From the NCBI GenBank assembly GCA_964627095.1, contig CAZVKH010000004.1, positions 2,886 to 66,885 of the forward strand: 64,000 bases of DNA, given 5' to 3'. Of the stretch, positions 25,746 through 34,502 are shown piece by piece. Positions within the stretch are counted from its first letter, which is position 1, and each line of letters opens with the position of its first letter. Below the pieces are notes generated by a model that worked only from the letters and a program-made list of their open reading frames with translations, was not told the origin of the DNA and did no database searches. Position numbers and translations under genes: made by a program. The DNA comes from an uncultured Candidatus Saccharibacteria bacterium (GTDB taxonomy: Bacteria; Patescibacteriota; Saccharimonadia; Saccharimonadales; JAUPVS01).

Positions 25746-27227
25746 CTACTTTATATAGCCCTTCTCTTTGGCAATTTCACGATACATGTTTGTCATGTAA
25801 ACAAGTCCATGCATGGACTCACGGTAGCCAAGAAAGTCATCTATGCCTAGGACAGAATCACTCGTTAAACCTTTATAGTGCTCAACTCGCTCTTCGGTGC
25901 GTTGCCTGATACCATCTGGCCCACCATCTAATTGGATTTGCCGGTCCATTAGGCGTTTCTCTACGCCATCAAAGCCACCAACATGAGACTGAATCGCCCT
26001 CAGAACAGGGCTGCGCTGTGGCTTTACATAGTTAGCCGGCATTACGGCAAGTATGTCGACTACACTCTCCAAACCATAGGCGTTAGCAAGACTAGTCATA
26101 AGTTCTGCCTGCTTGCCGCCCTTCTCCTGTCCCTCCCCGATAAGACTTCGCAAATCTACGCCTGTAATTACTCCTAGGTCGTTAGCAAAGTTCTTGGCGT
26201 CACCATAGCCTTGCTTATTTCGGCCGCCATATTCTGCCCGTAACTCTTCTACCGTCAGTCCAAACTCGTTGTCGCCGTCTACCAATAAGCCACCTTGAGT
26301 GTGTGTATACTCGTGTTCAATAAGCGCTAGCTCTCGATCACGCTCGCCTTCGCCATAATTATCAGCTGCTACGTCTTCAGCATCAAGAAAACGTTCGGCC
26401 AGCGTAGACGTAATACACAGCTGCTGTACGCCATCAATAGAAGTAACCCAAGCTAAAGCTTCAATTTCATCACGACCGAGGGCGTTAAAAAACTTCTGCC
26501 TTCGTTCAATTAGCCCTTCTTCCCATTGTTTTTTGGCAGCTATGTCAATTTCCCAATTATCGTAGGCTGTCTTTTTTTCGGCTGGACTCATCTTTTCTAA
26601 AGCTTCATCTGTTGGAAACTTCGGTAGTTTAAAGTTATAGACATCACTGCCATTCTCGTTGATAGAAAGCACCCTTAACTTATATGGGTCTTCGTTTTCA
26701 GCCGTAATACCCAGACGCTCTTTAACATCGTCGAGCAGACCATCGTCTATAGCCTGAGTCATGCGTTCTGTGAATTGTATGTCAGTAAACTTGTCATAGG
26801 CTTCTGCCCTAGCCTTTTCTGACAGCTGTGACTGGTTATGCTCATCCTCCAGAGCTTGTCGAATGTCATCAAAGCCAGTTACATGTTTTCGAGCCAACAC
26901 TAAGGTTGTATCAGCAATGTACTCGCGTTCCGCAAACTGCAAGCCACCTTCACGTTCCTTCTCCTTCACTGCGACCAATTTGGCGGCTATAGACAGGAAG
27001 ACTAAGCTTCTTTCGGGTGCATCAAAAAAGCTGTCATCAATTCCAAAGTCCTCGATAAGCTCCTGCGCCGCTGATTCAACACTTTCACGATTTGCTTCTA
27101 GCTCAGGTATCGAACCGGCAAATTGATCCATTATCTCAGCAGCAGCTTGCACAGACCGATTCATCTCTGGGGTTTGCTGTTCTGTAAGCGGCTCTGTTGG
27201 TGGTTTTTGTGTTTGTAGTTCTGTCAT
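25746..27227 (-). CDS. hypothetical protein with HExxH metalloprotease-like motif
   Basis: 494 aa with no signal peptide or TM. It has a single LIEHEYTHTQGG motif with a downstream EELRAEYGG. Start set at ATG 27227, downstream of the promoter at 27253-27281. Confidence 0.5.
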   Translation of the reverse strand: MTELQTQKPPTEPLTEQQTPEMNRSVQAAAEIMDQFAGSIPELEANRESVESAAQELIEDFGIDDSFFDAPERSLVFLSIAAKLVAVKEKEREGGLQFAEREYIADTTLVLARKHVTGFDDIRQALEDEHNQSQLSEKARAEAYDKFTDIQFTERMTQAIDDGLLDDVKERLGITAENEDPYKLRVLSINENGSDVYNFKLPKFPTDEALEKMSPAEKKTAYDNWEIDIAAKKQWEEGLIERRQKFFNALGRDEIEALAWVTSIDGVQQLCITSTLAERFLDAEDVAADNYGEGERDRELALIEHEYTHTQGGLLVDGDNEFGLTVEELRAEYGGRNKQGYGDAKNFANDLGVITGVDLRSLIGEGQEKGGKQAELMTSLANAYGLESVVDILAVMPANYVKPQRSPVLRAIQSHVGGFDGVEKRLMDRQIQLDGGPDGIRQRTEERVEHYKGLTSDSVLGIDDFLGYRESMHGLVYMTNMYREIAKEKGYIK

Positions 27228-27252
27228 GAAGAATAATGTATTAACAGATACA

Positions 27253-27281
27253 ATACTAGCATAAGCTTGATGTTTTGTCAA
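27253..27281 (-). promoter_or_regulatory. promoter TTGACA-N17-TAGTAT for the HExxH protein gene
   Basis: The minus strand reads TTGACAAAACATCAAGCTTATGCTAGTAT. A ~19-nt leader without an SD precedes ATG 27227. Confidence 0.65.
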
Positions 27282-27300
27282 TGAAGTTATACGGGGGTGA

Positions 27301-27328
27301 AACAAAAAACGCCCCTCTGGGGAGCGTT
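27301..27328 (-). terminator. terminator-like hairpin after the small Pro-rich gene
   Basis: The minus strand reads AACGCUCCCC-AGA-GGGGCGUU followed by UUUUGUUU. The stem has a 2-nt bulge. Confidence 0.5.
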
Positions 27329-27349
27329 CTTTGCAATGTAAAGCTATGT

Positions 27350-27532
27350 TTACTCTTGTGGAGCTAGCGGATCAACTGGTGCCTCGGGGGCAACAGGAGC
27401 TTCCGGAACCTGTGGTGCTTCTGGTGCCTCTGGCGGCATAGACGGCGCCGGTGGTACTGGATCAACTGGTGGTTGATCGGCTGGTGGCATATCTGGCACC
27501 ACTGGAGCTGGAGGGTTTTGATCTGGTTGCAT
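27350..27532 (-). CDS. small proline-rich protein
   Basis: 60 aa of PxxP/PEAP repeats. It has its own TTGACA-N17-TAAATT promoter, a GAGGA SD 7 nt before the ATG, and a terminator-like hairpin downstream. Confidence 0.45.
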   Translation of the reverse strand: MQPDQNPPAPVVPDMPPADQPPVDPVPPAPSMPPEAPEAPQVPEAPVAPEAPVDPLAPQE

Positions 27533-27568
27533 GTTTTTTCCTCTGTTTATTTTTGTATTAACAGTAAA

Positions 27569-27597
27569 AATTTACCATAAGCACAAAGGTATGTCAA
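27569..27597 (-). promoter_or_regulatory. promoter TTGACA-N17-(TGG)TAAATT for the small Pro-rich gene
   Basis: The minus strand reads TTGACATACCTTTGTGCTTATGGTAAATT. The downstream leader carries a GAGGA SD. Confidence 0.6.
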
Positions 27598-27608
27598 TTT
27601 ACTGGAAG

Positions 27609-28112
27609 CTAGTTGCCGAGGTGGTGGCGGATGCGGTCGACGACGTCGGCGATGACAACCTGGGATTTAACAAGGTAGTCATCGGCGCCAAGTTGGGTGG
27701 CGCGGTCTTTGTCACTGTCCTGGCTCAGGGCGGTCAGCATAATGACCTTAACATTGGCGGTTTCGGGAGTGTTGCGCAAGATGTCGAGGACATCGAAGCC
27801 ACTCACCTTTGGCATCATAACGTCGAGTAAAATAAGATCAGGCTTGTACTGTAAAGCAGTCGACAAGGCTTCTTCGCCGTTGGGAACGCGTTTAACATCA
27901 AAGCTCTCGGCCTGCAGGCGGGTAACGTATACGTTGGCCAGAGCGTCGTCGTCTTCTACTAGAAGGATTTTTTTAAGGGCTGGACCGGTATTGGCAGCTG
28001 GTGCGGCAATAGGTGCGGCAATAGGTGCGGCAGCTGGTGTCTGAACAGGTTCAGTCGTAGCTGGATTTTGTGGTTGTATAGGTGTTTGTGTATCTGTATC
28101 CATAGTGCTCAT
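27609..28112 (-). CDS. single-domain response regulator (CheY-like) with low-complexity N-terminus
   Basis: Canonical LLVEDDD, LILLDVMMPKVSG, IMLTA and YLVKS motifs. The N-terminal Pro/Ala repeat is APIAAPIAAPA. It starts 15 nt after the pyrG stop. Confidence 0.8.
   Translation of the reverse strand: MSTMDTDTQTPIQPQNPATTEPVQTPAAAPIAAPIAAPAANTGPALKKILLVEDDDALANVYVTRLQAESFDVKRVPNGEEALSTALQYKPDLILLDVMMPKVSGFDVLDILRNTPETANVKVIMLTALSQDSDKDRATQLGADDYLVKSQVVIADVVDRIRHHLGN
28000..28032 (-). repeat. 12-bp tandem repeat (2.75 copies) inside the response-regulator N-terminus
   Basis: GGTGCGGCAATA occurs at 28000-28011 and 28012-28023, with a partial third copy. It encodes the APIAAPIAAPA repeat. Confidence 0.8.
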
Positions 28113-28127
28113 GCTACAAGTTTTTGG

Positions 28128-29747
28128 CTATTTCTGCAAGAGCGATTTGATGAAGCCGTCGAACATTGGGTGGGCTCGGTTAGGACGTGATTTGAACTCG
28201 GGGTGGAATTGGCTGGCCATCATAAAGGGATGGTCAACAGCTTCGATGATTTCGACTAGTTTATCGTCGGGCGAGGTACCAACAGCGCGAATGCCCCACT
28301 TTTGGTACTGGTCACGGTAGTCGTTATTGCATTCGTAACGGTGGCGGTGGCGTTCGACGATGTCTTTTTTGCCATAGAGTTTAGCGGCTTGACTGTCTTT
28401 GGCCAGCACACATGGGTAATCGCCCAAGCGCATGGTGCCACCAGTGTTTTCCTTACCTTCTTGGCCGGCCATAAAGTCGATGACTTTGGTTGGACTGTCC
28501 GGATCGAGCTCACGACTAGTGGCGTCTTTTAGACCGGCATTACGAGCGGCGGCGATTACCGCCATCTGCAAGCCTAGGCAAAGACCTAGGTAAGACTTCT
28601 TCTTAGCCAAACAGTACTGAGCAGCGGCAATCTTGCCTTCTAGTCCACGGGTACCAAAACCACCGGGCACAACAATGCCATCAACTGCGTTAAGTAGCTT
28701 GGCGCGCTGGTCGGGACTGGCCTTTTCGACAGACTCGGCTTCGATCCATTCGATATCTACGGCGACATCGTTGGCCCAAGCGGCCGAGCGTAAGGCTTCG
28801 AACACCGACATGTAGGTGTCTTGGTTGTCCATGTATTTGGCCACCACACCGACTTTAACGCGCTTACTGCGCTGTTTGGTAGCGCTGTCGACAACTGAGC
28901 GCCATTCCTTTAAATGCGGCTTAGCGACCTTTAGATCAAGCCGTTTAGCAATTACATCAGCAATACCGGTATCTTCTAGGGTTAATGGCACTTGGTAGAT
29001 AGACGAAGCGTTGGGCAGCAAGGCAATTGCATCGGTAGCAACACCGCAGAATAAGCTTAGTTTTTCTTTGACGCTTTCGTTAGCCGGATTTTCGCTGCGT
29101 CCCACCAAAATATCCGGGGCGATACCCAGACCACGCAGGTCGCGCACCGAGTTCTGAGCCGGTTTAGTTTTGGTTTCTTGGCTGGCGCCTAAGTATGGCA
29201 AGTACACTACGTGAACATACAAACAGTTTTCGAGCCCAACCCGAATACCGAGTTCGCGAATCGCTTCGATAAAGCTAAGGCTTTCGTAGTCCCCTACCGT
29301 ACCACCAATTTCGACCAAGTGAACATCAAAACCTTGGCCAGCCTTTTGAATGTAATCGGCAATCAGGCCGGTTAAATGTGGAATAATTTGAACGTCTTCG
29401 CCAGCATACAGGCCAGCCCGTTCGTCTTGGATGATTTGCTGCAAGACCCGACCCGACATCAAGCTACTAGACTGGGTTAGTTCTTGGTCGATGAAACGTT
29501 CGTAGTGACCCAGGTCAAGATCGGTTTCGGCGCCGTCTTTGGTGACGAAGCATTCGCCGTGTTCACGCGGGTTAAGCGTACCGGCATCAACGTTAAGATA
29601 GGGGTCACATTTTTGGAGGTTAACTTTGAGGCCACGGGCCTTTAAGAGATTGCCGATTGAAGCGGCGGTGATGCCCTTGCCGAGCCCCGAAAGGACTCCG
29701 CCGGTTACAAATATAAACTTAGTTGGTCGCTTTTTAACGCTTACCAC
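28128..29747 (-). CDS. pyrG: CTP synthase
   Basis: FIFVTGGVLSGLGKG N-terminus and a glutamine amidotransferase domain with GLCLGLQ. GTG start. Confidence 0.95.
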   Translation of the reverse strand: MVSVKKRPTKFIFVTGGVLSGLGKGITAASIGNLLKARGLKVNLQKCDPYLNVDAGTLNPREHGECFVTKDGAETDLDLGHYERFIDQELTQSSSLMSGRVLQQIIQDERAGLYAGEDVQIIPHLTGLIADYIQKAGQGFDVHLVEIGGTVGDYESLSFIEAIRELGIRVGLENCLYVHVVYLPYLGASQETKTKPAQNSVRDLRGLGIAPDILVGRSENPANESVKEKLSLFCGVATDAIALLPNASSIYQVPLTLEDTGIADVIAKRLDLKVAKPHLKEWRSVVDSATKQRSKRVKVGVVAKYMDNQDTYMSVFEALRSAAWANDVAVDIEWIEAESVEKASPDQRAKLLNAVDGIVVPGGFGTRGLEGKIAAAQYCLAKKKSYLGLCLGLQMAVIAAARNAGLKDATSRELDPDSPTKVIDFMAGQEGKENTGGTMRLGDYPCVLAKDSQAAKLYGKKDIVERHRHRYECNNDYRDQYQKWGIRAVGTSPDDKLVEIIEAVDHPFMMASQFHPEFKSRPNRAHPMFDGFIKSLLQK

Positions 29748-29836
29748 CTCTTATATGCCCTCTTACAAATTATCCCTTTTATGCTACCGCATTCTTTAGC
29801 GAAAACCAAGTAATCCGAAGGTAATAATTACACTGT

Positions 29837-31081
29837 TTACTGAAGAGCTTGGAAAGCGGCGTCTTTTTGTGGGTCCTGTTGGCTCTTAATTTGCTCGGTG
29901 CTAATTTCGACGACTTTATCGGGTGTGATGCCGGCCTTGTCGATGTTCTTGCCATTGGGCGTAAACCAACGCGCAATCGTTACCTTAAGCACGCCACCAT
30001 CATTAAGCTTGATCAGTTGCTGCACACTTCCCTTACCGTATGACTTTTGGCCAATCAGCGTCGCCGCACCTTGGTCTTTGAGCGCTCCAGCGGTAATTTC
30101 ACTGGCGCTGGCACTGCCTTCGTCGATTAACACAACCGTTGGGATGCCTTGTAGCGGCGCGTCGCCACTGGCTTTAAAGGTACTGGTAATTACGCCGTCA
30201 CGCCGTTCGGTTAGAACGGTTTTGCCACTTGGTAGCCACAGACTGGAAACATCTACTGCCGAGTCGAGTAAACCGCCAGGGTTACTACGTACATCCAACA
30301 CTACGCCCTTAACGTTATTCTTTTTAAAGTCTTGAGCAGCTTTTTGGGCTAGAGCCGTAGTGTCTTCGCCGTAGCGGCTAATCTTTAGGTAACCGATGTT
30401 GTTGATGATCTTACTTTCGACACTAGGGATAGAAATATCTTGACGCGTAATGGTGACATCGGACACTTCGCCGTCGCGCACAATCTTAAGTTTTACAGTA
30501 GTATCTTTGGGCCCGCGAATTTTGTCGACCACCTCTGATACGCTCAAGCCATTAGTTGAAGTTCCATCGACTTCGGCGACGATGTCTTTAGGTTTCAGGC
30601 CGGCTTTTTCGGCCGGGAAACCAGCGATTGGCGCCAGCACGATAATGTTATCTTTGTCGTCTTTTGTTAATTCGGCCCCGATACCAGTAAATGAACCACT
30701 TAATTCATTATTGAAGTCTTGGTACTCCTTGGCCGTTAGATACTCGGTATAGGGGTTGCCGGCGGCCTTAACTAGGCCCCTCTTCATGCCATCATTGAGG
30801 GAGTTGGCGTCGAGTTCGCCGTCGAAGTTAGCTTTAAGCTGCTTATAAACTTCTTGAACAGCAGCAAAATCAAGGCTGGCCGGTAGGTTCTTTTGATTAG
30901 CGGTTTGGCCAGTAAAGGTAATTCGGCCACTGCCGACGTTCATGCCAAAAGCAAAAATGAATACCCCAACCAATACCAAACTAATACGTTTGATTCGCGT
31001 ACGACCACGTTTTGATAAACGTCGTTTATTATGGTTAGAAGGATCGTGGTCAGGGTCGGTTCGGGTCACGCTTTTACACAC
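29837..31081 (-). CDS. S41 family C-terminal processing peptidase with PDZ domain
   Basis: N-terminal TM, PDZ (GIGAEL..GFPAEKAGLKPKDIV), catalytic Ser context GSASASE and Lys context SYGKGSVQ. The start (GTG at 31081) is uncertain. Confidence 0.85.
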   Translation of the reverse strand: MCKSVTRTDPDHDPSNHNKRRLSKRGRTRIKRISLVLVGVFIFAFGMNVGSGRITFTGQTANQKNLPASLDFAAVQEVYKQLKANFDGELDANSLNDGMKRGLVKAAGNPYTEYLTAKEYQDFNNELSGSFTGIGAELTKDDKDNIIVLAPIAGFPAEKAGLKPKDIVAEVDGTSTNGLSVSEVVDKIRGPKDTTVKLKIVRDGEVSDVTITRQDISIPSVESKIINNIGYLKISRYGEDTTALAQKAAQDFKKNNVKGVVLDVRSNPGGLLDSAVDVSSLWLPSGKTVLTERRDGVITSTFKASGDAPLQGIPTVVLIDEGSASASEITAGALKDQGAATLIGQKSYGKGSVQQLIKLNDGGVLKVTIARWFTPNGKNIDKAGITPDKVVEISTEQIKSQQDPQKDAAFQALQ

Positions 31082-31145
31082 TCCACACTGGTTTTAAGAT
31101 TAATACGCTTCTGCTTGCCTGCCCTTTATTATGGCACATTAAGGT

Positions 31146-32336
31146 CTAGAAGTGTATGAAGACTAAGCCGCTAGCCGACACGTTGTAGGCCAACGAGAAA
31201 CGACCGTCTAAGCTAGCATTGTATTGGCTGATGTTGATTGTACCATTTGGATTGACGCTTTCGACATACATGGCATGTCCGTAGGGCTGTGAATTCTTAA
31301 TGGCCACATCACCAGCCCGTGGGCTACCGTCAACCGGTATGCCGGCGGCACGGGCGTTGTCGTCCCACTGATTGGCGTTACCAATACCACCCCAGTAAGG
31401 CATATAGCGACCACTCTCGTAAACCTTCCAGGCGGTGTAGCTAACGCATTCGCGGTTAAACATCCCCCAACGGTCAACTAGGCTGTCTTGAGCCGATGAG
31501 CACCACGGTGACGGATAGGTGTCGCCCCGACTAGTGTCACAAGCTGTACCCAGAACTAGATTAGAGCCACCAAACAAACGGGCGTTTTCGGCGGCTTGTT
31601 GGGCGCGCAGGGCGGCAATTTCTTTATTGTTAGACCGCGTTGCTTGATCGAACTGGTCTTTTTGCGATTGGGTATAGGCCAGCAAGCTGTTCTGCTCGTT
31701 GCGCTGCCCTGCCAAGGTAGCTTGCATGGTTTCTTGATCCTTTAAAAGCTTTTCGACTTCTTCCTTTTGGGCCGCCAATTGGTGACGCAATTCTGTTACA
31801 CGATCTAAGGTTGCCTTAATTTTAGCTTGAACCGAATTGCGGTACTGCTGCTTGTCGACGAACTGACTCAAGTCCTTGCTTGATGCCAACATCTCTAAGG
31901 TGCTGATCTCGCCTTCTAGGTACATCTGCCGGATATTATCGCCCAGGACTTTCTTTTGCTTGGCTAGCTCGGCTTCGGCGGCAGTAATTTGATTCTGTAG
32001 GTCGGCTTGCTTGGCTTTATTGGCATCAATCGAAACCTGCAACCCATTAATTTGAGCTTGGAGCTTATCAACCGCGTCCTGGTAACTACTAGCCTGCACC
32101 TGTAACTGACCGGCCTGGGCCTGGTTTTGTTCGTTTTGGGCGCGCAAGGCGTTAATGGCGTCTTCGAAACGATCGGCCCGCACCAGCGGTGTGCCAATAG
32201 TGCTAAAGGCAAAGCCAGCAATAAGCAGCCCAACTGCTAATGATTTAGCAATTCGGCTGCGCTGCATTATTCGGCCTGTTTTGTGAACTTTTTGTTTCAT
32301 ATTTTTTTGATTTTTAAGATGTAACATATGTATCAT
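31146..32336 (-). CDS. coiled-coil + CHAP domain peptidoglycan hydrolase (PcsB-like)
   Basis: Signal/TM segment AKSLAVGLLIAGFAF, a long Gln/Ala-rich coiled coil, and a C-terminal CHAP domain with catalytic Cys (NRECVSYTAWKV) and His (GHAMYVESV). The true start is probably ATG 32300 or 32267. Confidence 0.75.
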   Translation of the reverse strand: MIHMLHLKNQKNMKQKVHKTGRIMQRSRIAKSLAVGLLIAGFAFSTIGTPLVRADRFEDAINALRAQNEQNQAQAGQLQVQASSYQDAVDKLQAQINGLQVSIDANKAKQADLQNQITAAEAELAKQKKVLGDNIRQMYLEGEISTLEMLASSKDLSQFVDKQQYRNSVQAKIKATLDRVTELRHQLAAQKEEVEKLLKDQETMQATLAGQRNEQNSLLAYTQSQKDQFDQATRSNNKEIAALRAQQAAENARLFGGSNLVLGTACDTSRGDTYPSPWCSSAQDSLVDRWGMFNRECVSYTAWKVYESGRYMPYWGGIGNANQWDDNARAAGIPVDGSPRAGDVAIKNSQPYGHAMYVESVNPNGTINISQYNASLDGRFSLAYNVSASGLVFIHF

Positions 32337-32409
32337 AACATACCCCGCAATTCTTTTGAATCTACCCTACCAAGCTGTTGTAACCGTGCTGTTGGCCGAT
32401 TGAGTGGCC

Positions 32410-33363
32410 TTATTTTGTCGTTTTAAATTTGAGATACCGCCGGGTCGCAAAGTAAGAAGAAGCGGCTCCAATAACTATACCGATACCAATCTGTGCGGTC
32501 AAGATAATCCAGTAATGGTTAACAAAGTAGTCGTTTGCAAAACCAATGTCGAGCAGGCCAAGACTGCTGGCTTCGAAGGTGGTCGAAGAAACACTAAACA
32601 GCGCATTACAGATGAGCACCGACACTATGGCAGCTATCAGTCCATAAAGCATCGTTTCAACAATAAATGGACCCCTAATAAACCAGGTGCTGGCACCCAG
32701 TAAACGCATAATATTGAGCTCATCACGACGGTTAAATATGGCCATACGAATGGTGTTAAAGATAATCAACATCGAAATTACCGTAAAAATTATAATCCCC
32801 ACCAGGCCACCTTTCTGAATGAAGTTGGTGGCATTACTAATTTTGTCGATGGCTTCTTTGCGGTCACCCGAATATGAGGTTTCGTCGGATTGCAAAGCCT
32901 TGTTTTCCGGCTTTTCGAGGAAGAGCTTTAGTTCTTGTAGCTGGTTGGGGTCTTTGGGTTTAATCTTGAGACTGGCCGGCAAAGGGTTGTCGGTTTGCGA
33001 AATTGCCACCAGTAAATCAACATTATTTTGGTTGTCTTTTTTGTATTTCTCGAGAGCCTCTTGCTTAGAAATATAGACAACTGACTTTACAGTCGCTAAA
33101 TCACTGGCCTGTTTAACTAGTCGGTCTTTTTGCTGAGTTGGCACATCATCCTTAAGATAAACCGAAACATCGATCTTATCGTTAATCTGGGCAATGGTGT
33201 TATTAAAGGTCGCTCGGGCGATGACGGAAAATAGTACGATCGTTAAGGTAATGACCATAACGGCGATTGCCGCAGCCGATAGCCAAGCATTGCGCACAAA
33301 GTTTACGGCGCCGGCCTTAAAAATGCGCTCCATCACAATCAGTTTGCGGCGAAAGCTTTTCAT
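32410..33363 (-). CDS. ftsX: cell division permease FtsX
   Basis: TM1, a large external loop, then three C-terminal TMs. Its start overlaps the ftsE stop. Confidence 0.85.
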   Translation of the reverse strand: MKSFRRKLIVMERIFKAGAVNFVRNAWLSAAAIAVMVITLTIVLFSVIARATFNNTIAQINDKIDVSVYLKDDVPTQQKDRLVKQASDLATVKSVVYISKQEALEKYKKDNQNNVDLLVAISQTDNPLPASLKIKPKDPNQLQELKLFLEKPENKALQSDETSYSGDRKEAIDKISNATNFIQKGGLVGIIIFTVISMLIIFNTIRMAIFNRRDELNIMRLLGASTWFIRGPFIVETMLYGLIAAIVSVLICNALFSVSSTTFEASSLGLLDIGFANDYFVNHYWIILTAQIGIGIVIGAASSYFATRRYLKFKTTK

Positions 33364-34043
33364 CCTTTATAGGCTCCCTGAGCACGATCGCTGGCAATCT
33401 TACCGTCGTTAATTGTGATAACCCGACGCTTTAGTTTGTTAACAATTTCTTGGTTATGCGTGGTTAATAGAACGGTGGTGCCGTACTCATTAATCTTTTG
33501 TAGAACCTTAACTACGTCCCAAGCGTGCTTAGGGTCAAGGTTGCCAGTTGGTTCATCGGCAATTAAGATCTTAGGCTGTCGAGCGATGGCGCGAGCGATG
33601 GCAACACGCTGACGTTCACCACCAGATAATTCTAGCGGCATGCGTTTTTCTTTACCCTTTAGGCCAACGATGTCGAGCACGCGTGGTACGGTGTAGCGAA
33701 TTTCTTGCTTGCCGGTACCAACAATTTCTAACGCGAAGGCGACATTTTCGAAGACTGTTTTATTGGGCAACAACTTGAAGTCCTGAAAAACTGTTCCAAT
33801 ACGACGGCGCAGATATGGAATTTCCTTATCTTTAAGCTTGTCGTAATCGATGCCACCGACGATAATCTTGCCGCTAGTGGGCTTCTCTTCCCTAGTAAGT
33901 AACTTCAGCAAGGTAGACTTACCGGCACCGCTAGCACCAACTACAATCACAAACTCGCGCGGCTCAACGTGCAAACTTATGCGGTCTAGTGCCGGCGACA
34001 TACCCTTACCGTAGACTTTGGTTACTCGATCCAATAAAATCAT
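33360..34043 (-). CDS. ftsE: cell division ATP-binding protein FtsE
   Basis: Walker A GASGAGKST, signature LSGGERQR and Walker B ILIADEPTG. Start set at ATG 34043 (MILLDRVTKVYG), 7 nt after TGCTATAAT. Confidence 0.9.
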   Translation of the reverse strand: MILLDRVTKVYGKGMSPALDRISLHVEPREFVIVVGASGAGKSTLLKLLTREEKPTSGKIIVGGIDYDKLKDKEIPYLRRRIGTVFQDFKLLPNKTVFENVAFALEIVGTGKQEIRYTVPRVLDIVGLKGKEKRMPLELSGGERQRVAIARAIARQPKILIADEPTGNLDPKHAWDVVKVLQKINEYGTTVLLTTHNQEIVNKLKRRVITINDGKIASDRAQGAYKG

Positions 34044-34050
34044 TAGCTTT

Positions 34051-34059
34051 ATTATAGCA
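34051..34059 (-). promoter_or_regulatory. extended -10 promoter TGCTATAAT, leaderless ftsE
   Basis: TGC+TATAAT, then 7 nt (AAAGCTA), then ATG 34043. Confidence 0.7.
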
Positions 34060-34179
34060 GGTCGGGCAGCGAATAAAATGAGCTGTTTGGATTGCGTTGG
34101 CAAGCCAAGCCTGAACAAAGTGAAGGCCGACCTGCTTCCACCGAGCGCAACGAGGTGATTGCAGGTAATTACAAGCCAA

Positions 34180-34446
34180 TCAGTCAAAAGTCCAGTGAAA
34201 GTAGATTTCTTTGATGTCGTTTTCCACCGCCATCAGTCGTCCGTTGATTTCTTCTACCTTCTTCTTCACCATACTCATTTCAAAACCGAGATTGCGCACC
34301 AAGTGCTCTAGGCTACTCAAGCGCAGATCTTGCTGCTCCAGATGCTGGTCGATTACATCAAAACGTTTCTCCAGATTATAAACCCTAGCGCCAATGCTAC
34401 TGACGGCGTCTAGAATCGTCTTGTTGGTAATTATCTCCTCGGTCAT
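34180..34446 (-). CDS. small coiled-coil hypothetical protein
   Basis: 88 aa with a heptad-like pattern. It lies between prfB and the ftsE promoter. Confidence 0.4.
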   Translation of the reverse strand: MTEEIITNKTILDAVSSIGARVYNLEKRFDVIDQHLEQQDLRLSSLEHLVRNLGFEMSMVKKKVEEINGRLMAVENDIKEIYFHWTFD

Positions 34447-34502
34447 ACAAACAGGATATAAGCCAAAGATTAAATAGTTCTTAAGGTTGGCAAATATTAC
34501 AA

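Noticed and set aside
27350-28112. CRISPR-like or other non-coding repeat arrays suggested by short tandem repeats (28000-28032, the PEAP-coding repeats at 27350-27532, and 45642-45668)
   Set aside because: All are in-frame coding low-complexity repeats of 9-12 bp with no spacer structure. No cas genes are present in the window.
33360-34187. Long form of ftsE (275 aa) starting at 34187
   Set aside because: The extra 48 N-terminal residues are not FtsE-like and overlap the 88-aa gene. A TGCTATAAT-N7-ATG arrangement and the canonical MILLDRVTKVYG start support 34043.
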